In this document: one piece after another, positions 24,124-36,481 of the stretch | Numbering within the stretch: the first letter of the stretch is position 1 | Layout: each line of letters opens with the position of its first letter | NCBI RefSeq assembly: GCF_001194135.2 | Contig: NC_068981.1 | Coordinates: 148,329,282 to 148,381,220 of the forward strand | Origin: Octopus bimaculoides | Taxonomy: Eukaryota | Reading direction: 5' to 3' | Length of the DNA: 51,939 nucleotides | The notes under the pieces: generated by a model | Databases searched by the model: none | The model's input: only the letters and a program-made list of their open reading frames with translations | What the model was told of the DNA's origin: nothing | Made by a program: the position numbers and the translations under genes

Positions 24124-26566
24124 TGGGTCAGGTTAGACACAGCGCTGACTACCGCAAAGGAAAGTATATTCAATGACAACTTTTCGGTGTGTTCGAAAAT
24201 CACATACCCTACCACCCCCAATTTTCCATTACTGGTTAGAGCCTGGAATACTCTCTCACCTTGTCACTCCAGTTATCCCCCCACTTCTGCTTGTCTCTTG
24301 GTGTAACTGCATGCTGTATGCAGTCACCCTGCAATTGGGTAGTGACCTACTAACTTCCCACACATTGAGAACAGTTCTCTCCTGCTGACGTTGGTACCCA
24401 GCTCCATGGTCTTGTTCCCCCTATGAAACACCAACTCTCCTGTTCTGTGCAGCTCCTCCAGCCATTGGCTCCAGTGGCATCGCAATCAGCCCTAACTTTT
24501 TCAGGTGTCTCACAACCTCTGGCAGGCACTACAGTCCTGTCCGCTAGGATGTCATCTATGTAGGAACTGATGGCCCTTCTTATCCTATCCACCTTTCCCA
24601 GGATGGATTTGAGCACTGTTGCCATAATCTTTGGTGCAGAATTCAGCCTAAAACCCAGTCTAGTCAGACAATATGTCCAGCCCTTGTATTGCACCAGTTG
24701 GTACTGCTACAGTTTGTCACTCACATGGAGGTGCAAATATGCCGACTTCAAGTCAATGATCATTGCTGCCTTAGTCGGCTGCCTCCATACATGCAGCGTC
24801 TCAGTGCAGACGTCAGTCGCCTCGCCACCTGTGTGGCATGATACATGGCCGTTCATCTCCTGAAAGTCCAGTACCAGTCTAACTTAATCTTTGTTGGCTG
24901 CACCACTGCCATTAAAGGTAGCACTCCACTCACCACCTTCTCTTAATTCACTTCTCTACCTCTTCTTCAAACTCACTCATGGCATGTCCTTTCAGGGTAT
25001 GCTGGTAGCAGCTCACCCTGTTCTTCAGCGTCGGTGGTCTATCTTTCCAGTGCCACTCTATCGTCCATCGCTGACCATCGAACGCTGCCCGAAAATCCTT
25101 GTCTTCAATGGCGTAGGCAGTGCAGCTCCTCACAGGGCTCTGCTCCCGCTCACATTACTGACTCATGGTGCACGACACCTCCACGGCACCAAACAAAACC
25201 ACGTCACTTCCAACACTGACACCTCCAAGGCAGTCGATCACATCCATCCCCATTACCATGTCAATCCTGTCTACCGTGTGGTCGATCACGATCGCCTTTA
25301 ACCTTAACGTTGTGCCTTGCACTGTTATATCCACATCGCTGCTACCCTTGCATTCGATTTTGCTGCTGTCAACCGCCTGAACGCTACTCGTCCCCTTTCA
25401 TTTCTTTGCCACCCACAGGGTCATGAGAGTCGTCGTGCAGCCAGTGTCCATGAGGGCCTTGAATGTGTTTCCTCTGACCATGACCTCAACTATGGGCAGT
25501 GACTTCATGTTTGCGGGGTAAGTTTGAAAAGCAACAACTTCCCTGTGGCTTTTTCCCTGGCTACAATTTCGGGCGATATGTCCAATTTGTTTGCACTAGT
25601 AGCAAACCAGTCCAGGCTCTGTGCAGTCCCTCACCATGTACGGTCCTTGGTACTTAAAACACCAGCCTGTGAATGGCCACTGTCATTCCACAGCAGGCCT
25701 CTTTTCATCCTTCACCGGCTATCGTGGGCTTCTGCAACTGCCATCACCACTACCTTCCGCCCGGTGTTTTGTGTCAACATGTGGGCTTGAATAATGAGCT
25801 TTCCTATCGCCATTTTGTTGCTGCCTGGCAACTGTTGTAGTTGCACCGACATGTTGTTGGAAAGTCATTCACAAAGGCCAGTCGCGCTACTTTCTCAAGT
25901 CCCTCACTGGTAAGATCGGACAACACAACCAGCCTCCGTATTTCTGCAGCATATTCATTGACCTATTCCACTCTCCATCTGATCGTTCCCAGCTTAGCAA
26001 AAGCAGTGTACTCCCCATCTGTGTAAGCCTCTCTCAAGCGCTGCTTGATCTTCACTTTGCTCAGCTGTTCTTCTTCATCTATTTTGAGGTACTGTGCCAG
26101 CGCACTCCCCTCCAAACACAGGGTCATGAGGCTTGCTACATTTTCGATGCCTGGCCGCAACTTCGACCTTTTGAATCCAGGCTACTATGTCACCTTCACC
26201 ACAGAAAGGTCTGATGACATCACTGCTATCTTTGCTGCCATCATATACCAAGGGACCAACGACGTATGTATACAATTGCCGAAATAGCTTGTCGTGTGTG
26301 AGAAATGAAAAGAGGTTCACCTACCTTCCTCTCTCGTCTGTACCTGTCTGGTAGTAGTCACTCCAGCGATCCTGCCCTACCCTGTCACCCAGTATAAGCA
26401 GCTGCTATCTGACCAACCCAGGAGTGAATTCCCTGACATCTGTTCACAATGCTTCGGCTGGCGAAAAGAGGCCAACCTTGTCCTGTCTCCTCTGCACTTC
26501 CTTCTCACACTTCCTCTTCCGGTCAGTTCCTTGACCATTGACGTCATGGCCCGCTTCATCCCCACA
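24124..26566 (-). mobile_element. Ty3/Gypsy LTR retrotransposon, 5' half (putative LTR, gag, protease, RT), degenerate
   Basis: Minus: TG start at 26566; gag IRPFCGEGDIVAWIQKVE..CLEGSALAQYL; zinc knuckle CY*CKQIGHIARNC; protease KALMDTGCTTT (~25440); RT DLKSAYL..TRLGF.LNSAPKIM..SYIDD (24551-24562) and RRELFSMCGKLVGHYPIAG. No RNase H, integrase or 3' LTR seen. Confidence 0.9.
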
Positions 26567-26614
26567 ACCAGCATGGAAAATGGATGTTAATAAATGATGA
26601 GGAGGATTATGATG

Positions 26615-26654
<40 letters not shown>

Positions 26655-26888
26655 NNNNNNNNNNNNNNNNNNNNNNNNNNNNNNNNNNNNNNNNNNNNNN
26701 NNNNNNNNNNNNNNNNNNNNNNNNNNNNNNNNNNNNNNNNNNNNNNNNNNNNNNNNNNNNNNNNNNNNNNNNNNNNNNGGGTGTTAACAGGAAGGGTATC
26801 TCATCATTGAAAATTTACCTCAACAAATTCCATCTGATCCATTTAAATATGGAAAAATGGATGTTAAAATCATAATGATAATGAATAA

Positions 26889-26946
<58 letters not shown>

Positions 26947-27012
26947 CTATATATATATGATTTAATAAACACAGGGTTTAAATGTGAAGTTATAAGTTTC
27001 ATATTCTAATAA

Positions 27013-27102
27013 TACAGTAATCAGACAAGCTTGTATAGCATGTGTGTACTATCAAAGTTAAATAGTACATGGCATGCTATACAAGCTTGTCTCATTACTG
27101 TA
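27013..27102. repeat. 90-nt near-perfect hairpin
   Basis: tacagtaatcagacaagcttgtatagcatg tgtgtactat caaagttaa atagtacatgg catgctatacaagcttgtctcattactgta; outer 30 bp has one mismatch. Confidence 0.9.
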
Positions 27103-27389
27103 CTATCAGAGCATGAAACTTATAGTAACTTACGTTTAAATCCTGTGTCTATTAACTAATATTTCTCTCTTAGTGGATTGAGTACCTTTCTTGTTGCTTC
27201 TACCAATTACAGAAAATTACACTAGATATTATTTAGTACATATGTATATGTCTGTGTTTGTGCGTGTGTATACACAAATAATAAACAATGGATGGGAGTG
27301 AGAGCTTGATTGTATCATTTTAGAAAAACAAAACCTTTGCACTTGCTTAGATAAAAAGAAACCATTATTAGTAACTTCATTGCAGCAGA

Positions 27390-28340
27390 TGTTGCAGCTA
27401 CCACCCCACCACTACCACCCTGCCATTGCCATCATCACTACTACTACAGCTGCTGCTGCTGCTACTACCACTATCACTACTACAACTGCTGCTACCACTA
27501 CCACTACTATTACTACTTCTACTAGGTTGAGGTTGAAGCATGATAGTATCTTAAAGAGATAGAGAGAAAGAGAGATGCTTCTCTTTTAAAAGTACATACC
27601 TGTATTTAGCAAATCGATGAACTTATCTTCAAAGTAATCAATTGCTGGAAACTGTAAGCCTAGCTCAAGATAAAGAACAGGTGTTGCTGCTTGGTGTATC
27701 TGTAAAGAACACAAGAGGTTAAACTTGGGGAAACCTATTTCTTGGCTCAGTAAAACCCGTTCTTGATCAAAGGTGGAGACAAACAAAATATGATATATTT
27801 AGAAAAAGAGGAATAAATATAATATTTTGGCCATACAGTATAGTAAAATGTTAATCTTGTACTGGGTTAATCCTTGCTTGCAAAAGTTGATATTGTAGAT
27901 TAGCTGTTGCTAATTCATAACCACTATCATGACCATCACCATTGTCAGTGCCTCAGTGCCATCCTTATTCCCCACTACTGCCACTAATGTCTCAATTCCA
28001 CCACCACAATTTTTACCATCTCCACTGATCCATCACTATCCAACCCTTTTCTCTACTATCATCACCACTACCAATACCATAATCACTATTAAAACTGCGG
28101 CAGTAGTACCACCACCACCACCACTACCATCACCACTGCTGCCACTGCTATCATCAGTACTAACATTACTTCCTCTACTGCTTCCTACTACCATTACCAC
28201 CACTCTACAGCCTTACCATCTGGCCACCAACACTACCATCACAGCTTACTTTACTATTCCACCATCTCTTCTGCTGCCACTGTCATCACCACAACCACCA
28301 CCATAACCAACCAGTATAACCAACCATCACTATTACAACA
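27390..28340. repeat. Two degenerate (CAC/CTA)n tracts (~27390-27525, ~27920-28340) flanking the 27600-27699 exon
   Basis: Directly visible trinucleotide periodicity. Confidence 0.85.
27600..27699 (-). CDS. SLC26A11: SLC26A11-like exon (start of STAS domain)
   Basis: ttctttacag|ATA...ACA G|gtatgt, 100 nt, phase 0/1: IHQAATPVLYLELGLQFPAIDYFEDKFIDLLNT; GLxFPA motif of SLC26A11 STAS. Confidence 0.9.
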
Positions 28341-28963
28341 GCTTACTAAGTGAGAGAAGTAAGGAGCATTGTTAAGAGACAAGGGCAATAAAGGCAGGAT
28401 CAAATGCTGTGGTTGTTGTTTAGCCCCTGTTCAGACCTGGTTCAGCAACCTTAGGACTAGATTGTCTTCTGAGTTTCTTCCCTGTATAAAATTATACAAT
28501 TTTTGGCTGATGTTGCTATTTGGTTGAATGACTGCACAGAGGATTTCTTGTCAGGTTGTAAGAGCAATATATTTGTGGATATGCTGTTGTAAAGTGCTTA
28601 TGGCAGCATTTCTTAATCAGGATTCTGCAAAAGATTCCATTGGGTTCCATGAGAAAGAGTGAGATAACCTAATGCTAATTTCATGATTGTAATACTACTA
28701 AACATGCACAACATATTTGTTTTTGTAATATAGACATCATCCTATGTAACCTATTATGTTATCAAAAAAATATAACAACCATTTATATATATATATATAT
28801 AATATTTACCACATGAACTACAATGAAAACATATGAGAAAGATATAGATTATAATTTTTTTGCGTAGAGGTTCCTTGAGACATGTAATTTATTTTAAGGG
28901 TTACACAAGGGTAAAATGTTTAAGAAACACTGGCTTATAGCATAGTGGGAGGGGGGATGTGTT

Positions 28964-29448
28964 GAAAGTGACATCAGGTGATGAAGCATGAAATTTGATG
29001 GGCCTCTTTTTGGGACAGGCAGCCAGCAAGAATGAATGTGCAGACAAGGGCCTTGCACTTCTAGCTTCTGGCTGATGGTTTAGGTAGAGGGTGTCTCTGA
29101 GTGACACAGCAAGTTCTAGTTGGTAGTTGAGGAATTCCTTTCAGAGTTGTTTGCCAAAATCAAAGAAAAAGACCTTTCTCTTGCCAAGCTGAACGTTGAC
29201 AAAAGAAACACTTCCCTTCAAATAGTGCCAAAATAGCTTGAAATGTAAAGGAGAAAATACTCTCTTACTTTCACTTGGTAAATGACTCCACTGATAAGAA
29301 CTTGCTGTGCAACTCAGAGACACTCTCTACCCTAAAGCACTGGCCAGAAGCTAGAATACCAAAAGATTCCATCTGCATGTCCATTCTTGCTGGTTGTCTA
29401 TCTAAAAAAGAGGCCAGTCAATTTGCTTCTTTACCTGACATCACTTTC
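28964..29448. repeat. Imperfect inverted repeat, ~155-bp arms (foldback/MITE-like)
   Basis: Arms ~28964-29118 and ~29297-29448 share complementary blocks ggcctcttttt/aaaaaagaggcc, ccagcaagaatg/cattcttgctgg, ttctagcttctggc/gccagaagctagaa, gtgtctctgagt/actcagagacac, cacagcaagttct/agaacttgctgtg. Confidence 0.8.
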
Positions 29449-31031
29449 CCTTTCACTTCAGGTGTGTCACCCACTAAACTCCCCTATCATTTCTGACACA
29501 TTACTCACTATGTTACAGTGTTGATGAGTGAATCATTGTTAACCAGTTAGATGGACAGAAGAGAGACTCATGTGGTGATCAAGAAGTCCTCTTCTCCTGG
29601 TGCAGTTTGCTAGAAACATTGTTCATTTGTTGTATGTTTGCTTTTCCACACTGGCATGGGTTGCACAAACACTAGTTTGATACAGTATTTTATGACAAGA
29701 TACTCTTCCTGTAGTCTGTACCCACCAGTTTTTCAAGTAAGGGATTATTTTTTATTTCACTAGATGTCACAAGTTGAAAGCTACAGGGTACATTGTTCAC
29801 AAAGCATGTGAACATGACACAGTCATTTTGCTCAAACGTTTTCATGCAATGTCATGTGGAAAAAAAACATTGATATACATGTGTGCACACACACATGCAC
29901 TATACATGTACAGACACACGACTCCTGATACTTACAATATAACATGCAGTTTCAAAAAGAATCAAAGCCATATAGTTAAAGTTTGGTGCTTATACCCCCC
30001 CTCCCCCTGGCACCATCATCAGTTTAACATCTATGTTTCCATGTTCACATGAGTAAAACACAATTTGTTGAGACAGATTTTCAACAGCCTGATGCCCTTC
30101 CTGTCACAAACCCTTGCCTGTTTTCAAGTACAGTAATATGGCGATATTACTGACCAAATATGTTTTCACGGAAGATTAGAATTGAAGGACACTGCTTGCA
30201 TGACAGTGACACTCATTTACAACTATTACATAAAGTCAAAGCAAGGAGAGAGTATCCCCCACCACCATGTTGGACTTCTTTCAGCTTCTGTATACCAAAT
30301 CCAATCACAGGCTTCAGTTAGCCAGAGGCTATAGAATACACTTGCTCAAGGTGCCATACAATGAGATTGAACTCAAACCCATGTGGCTGGGAAGCACACT
30401 GCTTACTATACAGCCTGCATCTAGTCAAGCATGTAATATCCCTTTGTACGAACTATCTCTCATAAAAATTGAAGATTTACATTACAATCCGATTAGTTAT
30501 TTCCTGTCATTTCTATCTTCAATACATATTACATGCCTTGCATTCATGTAGGTACTGATGTATTCCCACTGTTTTAACATTCAGTTTTCCATGACTGCAT
30601 GGGTCAGAGAGAATTCAATGTAACCTTCCTTGTTTAAAATGTTAGAGTGTGATTGGAAGGAGATTTGGTTGCTTTTTCTAGTAGGTTATGTAGCTACATA
30701 GAATCTCTTTTGTTATAGTGTTGTTTAACCCAAGGTCAACCATGGTCTAACAGATTTATGCTCAAAGGCATTACACTCATGATTATTCTGTTCTCATAAG
30801 CATCGTATATCTAAGACTAAATTTTTCTAATAAATCTGCTTTTTTGAAGATGGTAGAATGTAATTTGAGAGAGATTTGGCTGATATTTGTAGTAGGTCGA
30901 GCATCCTTACAATGGTTCCTTGTTAATTTGTCCCTTGTTTTATAGTTGCTGTTATTGTTGGTGGTAGTGATGATGGAATGGACAAGGATGTAGTTATTGT
31001 TTTTGATGATAATATTTGCCACAACATTTAA

Positions 31032-31252
31032 CCCTTCAGTATTCATATTACTCTGTCAAATATAATATTTGTTTATTTATATTGTTTTCGAATAAGTCAT
31101 GCATTATCTTGTAGTTTAGTGATTTCGATGATGTGGTTGTTTAGTTTTAGAATAACATTGTAGGATTGAGGTGAGAGGCCAGATCTGGCCTGATTCAACA
31201 TAAAACAGGTTAATTAGTTTAGCTGGATACAGCTGGTTTGAATGCAAAAGGG
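31032..31252. mobile_element. piggyBac-type MITE (TTAA TSD, CCC..GGG ends)
   Basis: ttaa|cccttcagtattca...tgaatgcaaaaggg|ttaa. Interrupted homologs at ~7865-8240 and ~800-1872. Confidence 0.75.
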
Positions 31253-31622
31253 TTAAGGTAGTGAACTGGCAGAACTTTTAGCATGTCAGGCAAAATGCTT
31301 AGTGGCATTTTGTTCATTCTGAGTTTAAATTCTACCAAGGTCATCCTTTTCATCCTTTCAGGGTTGATAAAACACATTTTCAGTGCCAATTGAGCACTGG
31401 GATTGATGTCATCCACTTTCTCCACTGTTAAACATTGCTGGCCCTGTGCCAAAATCTGAAATCAATATCTGCAACAACATTGATGATATACAAGAGTGTC
31501 AAAAACCTGTGAGATTATGAAACAGAGTGAATATAATTAAAAACTGAAGTAGTGTAATGAGACAATAAGTGATGATATTAACAAATTGGGAAAAATAGAT
31601 AGAGGACAAGTCTATCACTTAC

Positions 31623-31694
31623 CTGGATATTTGGCCGAGATAGTGGGTATAATAAAGTTATTAAAGACACTGCTATTCCAATTAGTATTCCATA
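31623..31694 (-). CDS. SLC26A11: SLC26A11-like exon (last TM helix)
   Basis: tttcag|TAT...CAG|gtaagt, 72 nt, phase 0/0: YGILIGIAVSLITLLYPLSRPNIQ; matches the SLC26 YGILxGxxVSLxxLLxxxxRP motif. Confidence 0.92.
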
Positions 31695-32546
31695 CTGAAA
31701 TATTGGAAAGAATGAATATATTGAATATATATATATGCATGGCAGTTGAAGTTATCTGAATATTTGACCAAAATATGGTAAGGTTATTCAAGAAAAGTTT
31801 AGAGGCACTTTGCAACCCATGTGCTTTTTTCACTAACAATATGCTCTACTTTAATCTCAGACTGACCAATGCTTTATGAGTAAACTTGATAGATGGAAAC
31901 CTGTTGTACACACATACACACAGATATACACATATATCTATGTATATGTCAAGTTACTTTAGTGTTGCTGGTAACATGTAACCCAGTACAACTTGTTGCA
32001 TGGTCAGGTCATTGGTGGCTAAACCAGTAACCCCACCAAGCTTGCTTAGTAGGGAGGATGGTTTTTGGATACCCTGTGGGATGAAAAACAAGACTGTGGA
32101 GAAACTTTTGAGAGTCAATGGCTATCCAACATAGGTAAGGGGAGATAGTGCTCATCAATCATAGTGAAGACAATCCATGTAGGAGAAGGAAAACTCTGAA
32201 ATGAAAACCATTAAGTGAGGACGTGCAACCAGCTGAGACTATTTTGCCAAGGAACAGTTATGAAATGAATATGTTATAGTTTAGTCAATGGATGATTGAT
32301 TAATAAGTAAAATATGTATGCCGCTGTGGGTGTGTGGTTAAGAAACTTGCTTCCCAACCATACTCATATATATTTATCTCCACTTAAACATGGATGTTCA
32401 GTTTTAACAAACTATACTGTGGTAGATACCATGAGAGAAACTCTCATATTGGCTTTTGGTGCCAAAGGTACTCTTGAACATCCATGTTTAATATTACCTC
32501 TTGGTATTAATACTGCCTCTGTTGCTAATATATATACTTTTGACAA

Positions 32547-32580
<34 letters not shown>

Positions 32581-33146
32581 AGAATTCAAAAAATATATGT
32601 GTTTATGTATGTGTATACATGCATTTGTATCTCCTTGCCTGGACATCACAGGATAGTTAGAAACAAAAGTCAGTCATACAAGAAAAGTCCTTTGTTTCCA
32701 GTCTTCCAGGAAAACACATCCAACCATGGCAAAATATTACCTTGCTTGGAAACAGGTGAGGGTTAGTAACAGGAAAGGCATTCAGCCATAGAAAAATCTG
32801 TCTGAATGAATTCTTTCTGAGCCATACAGAATTCCAGAATTCCAGTCTGACCCATGCAAGCAAGGAAAAGTGGATGTCAAAACAATGATGATGATGAGGA
32901 GGAGAGGGAGAAGGAAGATCTATGACTGCAACCTTATGCCAGAAATTCTCATTCTATATGAACTGATATTACAGTTTTGTAATGCTGGAAGTTTCTATTC
33001 TACCTTACTCTAAACATGCGGTGGAGTTCTCTACAGGTCATTTGGCCATCTCACATTACAAATTATCAAAGCCAGCTGCTTACTACCTAGAGGGATTCAT
33101 ATTAGTGCTACAAGATCCCTTTCTATCAATGGACTATAAAGCTTTT

Positions 33147-33194
<48 letters not shown>

Positions 33195-34367
33195 TCTATT
33201 TTTTTTCTCTTTCCCTTTCTCTCATTATTTTATATTCCTTAATGAATATAATTTGTTTTTGTTTCAGTTTAGAATTGATAATGATCCTATATTAATCTTT
33301 TTTTTTAATACCGCAGTTCTTTTTATCCAATTGCATTCTGGGTCATTACTGAGTAAATTTTTGCTAAACTACTGCAAGGGGCCCTTAAGTGTAAAAGAAG
33401 AATGGAAGAGAGTCGTACAGAGCCGTAGTGTGAAAGAAGAAAAAGATAAAACAACAACAGAAAATAAAAGACAGACAAACAAACAAAATACAGAAGAATC
33501 GAGAAAATAGATGAAAAAGAAAGACAGAAAGAAGATAGAAGATGAGGAAAGCTGAAGAAGACAAACAGAAGAAAAGGGAGCATGAAAGGAAAAAAATAGC
33601 TGATAATATATTGGAATTCCCTGTAGCCATTAGTAGGGTTTAAGTGCTAATCTGAATACAGTGTTGTTGACAGAAGCTTCCATTATTAAGGTAAGCAGAT
33701 GGGGAGGTGAGCTTTAAGCAATATATGAGAATGTACACCATAGTTTAACTCTATTGAGACCACCCTTGGTTCTGTGATAGAGAAACCACCCTTGTTAGAG
33801 AATACATTTAAATTAAAGCCTTCCATCATAATCTTATTAAAACCTTTTTGTTAGGCTATGCTACAAACAAACACTAACTTAATGATAACAAAAGAAAAAT
33901 AGTTATTTTCTTAAACCCCTCCTAAATTTTGAACATTTTAAGAATTAATTGACACAGAAAGGCAGTGCATTTGAATAGCAATATGGTCATAAAAAGTATT
34001 AAAAGCAAGTCATTCAAATAATATATATATATATATATATAACAATACCCAGTATTTCTCTGAGATTCCCTTCCTTTGCTACCCATGTTAATTCTCCTGA
34101 GTCCAGTTAATTTGTTATGGTATCATTGTAGGGGGTGGGGCCACACAGTATTTCTATTATATACATACATACATACATATATATANNNNNNNNNNNNNNN
34201 NNNNNNNNNNNNNNNNNNNNNNNNNNNNNNNNNNNNNNNNNNNNNNNNNNNNNNNNNNNNNNNNNNNNNNNNNNNNNNNNNNNNNNNNNNNNNNNNNNNN
34301 NNNNNNNNNNNNNNNNNNNNNNNNNNNNNNNNNNNNNNNNNNNNNNNNNNNNNNNNNNNNNNNNNNN

Positions 34368-34400
<33 letters not shown>

Positions 34401-34736
34401 CACACACACACATCATTACATAGGGATTTTATTTGTCTTAGAGGTTGGGTTTTATTTTCCTTATACTGTGAGAACTACCACTAAGGCCTTTGCTACCCTG
34501 CTGTTTGTTGGTTCACAGAAGCTTGCCTGCATAGTTAGTTCCCAATGAATGAAATGGTTTCCCACACTGTTGTCTTGCATTCTCACTACTACTACTACTA
34601 CTACTACCAGCAGCAGTTGTTGTTGTTGTTGCAGAGGCTGTTTAGCTCCATGTCTGCCCTGAAGGAGAAGACTTATGATAAAAAGAAGTATTCCATCGAT
34701 GACCATCTTGCCTTTCTTTCCAGACTACAGTACACA

Positions 34737-35135
34737 GTGGAGGCACAATGGCCCAGTGGTTAGGGCAGCGGACTCGCGGTCATAGGATCGCGGTTTCGAT
34801 TCCCAGACCGGGCGCTGTGAGTGTTTATTGAGCGAAAACACCTAAAAGCTCCACGAGGCTCCGGCAGGGGATGGTGGCGAACCCTGCTGTACTCTTCCAC
34901 CACAACTTTCTCTCACTCTTACTTCCTGTTTCTATTGTGCCTGTAATTCAAAGGGTCAGCCTTGTCACTCTGTGTCATGCTGAATATCCCCGAGAACTAC
35001 GTTAAAGGTACACGTATCTGTGGAGTGCTCAGCCACTTGCACGTTAATTTCACGAGCAGGCTGTTCCATTGATCGGATCAACTGGAACCTTCGACGTCGT
35101 AAGCGACGGAGTGCCACCAACAACAACAACAACAA
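34737..35135 (+). mobile_element. Young tRNA-derived SINE (family A), (CAA)n tail, TSD tacaca
   Basis: Head GGAGGCACAATGGCCCAGTGGTTAGGGCAGCGGAC..GGTTTCGATTCCCAG with Pol III A/B boxes; CpG-rich; tacaca at 34731-36 and 35136-41. Confidence 0.88.
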
Positions 35136-35834
35136 TACACAATGTGTGTCCTTTTTGGTAAGATGATAAGCACCTTTGATTCAAGGGCTATTCAGCTGCT
35201 AATTCTACAGCTTGATTAGTAGTAGTTGTTGTAATCACTGCTTTAGTTGTTATAAACAGCTAATGAGATTGAATATGAATCAATTGAATATGGAGATCTA
35301 ACAGCATCAAAATATGTGAGGATCTTATTACCATTATTGAGCCTCAGGTCTGCCCTGACCCAGAATACTTCTGATCCATTTCTCTGATGGTAACAAGACC
35401 CAGTTTTTTTCTCCACTTAACAATTCTTTAATTTTTGCTAAATTCCCTTCAGGCCCTCTTGATTCCAGTTTTTATTTCCAGTCTGGAATTTCATTCCTAA
35501 TTCTATGAAAGTTAGGTCATCGACATGAAAAAGGGTCCCATGGGCAGCCAGTCTGTAACTCCTCTGTGCTATGGTTAGGAGGACCATAATGAACAGAAAG
35601 AAGCAGAGGAATGGTATTTACAACTAACTGGTTTCTGCTCAATTTCTGTTTACAGTGTTTCACTCAGAAGGTTTTAGTTTACCTGGGGCTACTGTAGATG
35701 ATACTTGCTGCAGGTATTGTGTTAAGAGATCAAACTGGAACAACATTGTTGCAAAGAAAACTTCTCAACCAGAGGGTCAAGGCTGCTTTCACATTTTGTT
35801 CCTACCTCCCACTCACTTCTCCCCCTCTCTCCAT

Positions 35835-35867
<33 letters not shown>

Positions 35868-35944
35868 CACACATATACACATTGGTGAGCACATAAGTAC
35901 AAAATAAGGTGAAATAAATAGTACTCAAATACCAAAGGTAAAGT

Positions 35945-36288
35945 TATATGCTTTTATTAAAGCTGCAAAATTATGACAAGATGGTTACTCAGAGTTTCAT
36001 GTTTCTGTTCATTGGAAAGTTGTGTTTAAAGGCAAACTGTATTTCTAGGTAAATTAAAGTGCATCTTAGTCACTTGTTCTCCACTAGAGAATACCTAAAT
36101 GTCAGCTCAGCTATAGTTAGCAAAACGTGTAAGGAACAGGGCTGAACAATTAAAAATTTTGAAAGATAGACCTCACTAGAGCCATCACATTGCTATCTCA
36201 GTTTTCATTAAAACTGCCATACGAACAGAAATGCGATACTCTGAATAACAATCTTGTGATAATTTTTCAGCTTTAATAAAAGTATATA
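35945..36288. mobile_element. TA-flanked MITE with ~66-bp imperfect TIRs
   Basis: tatatgcttttattaaagctgcaaaattatgacaagatggttactcagag.. versus ..ctctgaataacaatcttgtgataatttttcagctttaataaaagtatata; interior related to 38200-38460. Confidence 0.7.
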
Positions 36289-36436
36289 TATGTGTGTGTG
36301 CATATATATATTTTTATATTACCAACACGGTCACTACTACTACTACAACCAACAAAAAATGCTCCCACGTGGACTGTTGACACCAGTAAGGAACAATTAT
36401 GAACTTTTCATTTAATTTAATTTTTTTAAATATGGA

Positions 36437-36481
36437 TTTTTGATAAGGTTCGTTTTTTTCAAGAACCGAAACATGTTAAAA
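36437..36481 (+). ncRNA. Minimal hammerhead-like motif
   Basis: ttt TTGATAA GGTTC (11 nt) GAACC GAAA CATG T T aaa; perfect 5-bp stem II, palindromic ACATGT stem III; two core substitutions. Confidence 0.4.

Noticed and set aside
27929-28306. 125-aa Thr/Pro-rich mucin-like ORF
   Set aside because: A (CAC/CTA)n low-complexity tract within an SLC26 intron.
28480-28590. Minus-strand NILLLQPD resembling the STAS start VLVLQP
   Set aside because: It lacks the GLxFP motif and splice sites; the true exon is 27699-27600.
34737-34815. tRNA-like sequence with A and B boxes
   Set aside because: It is the head of a SINE with body, tail and TSD, and the cloverleaf is imperfect; not a tRNA gene.
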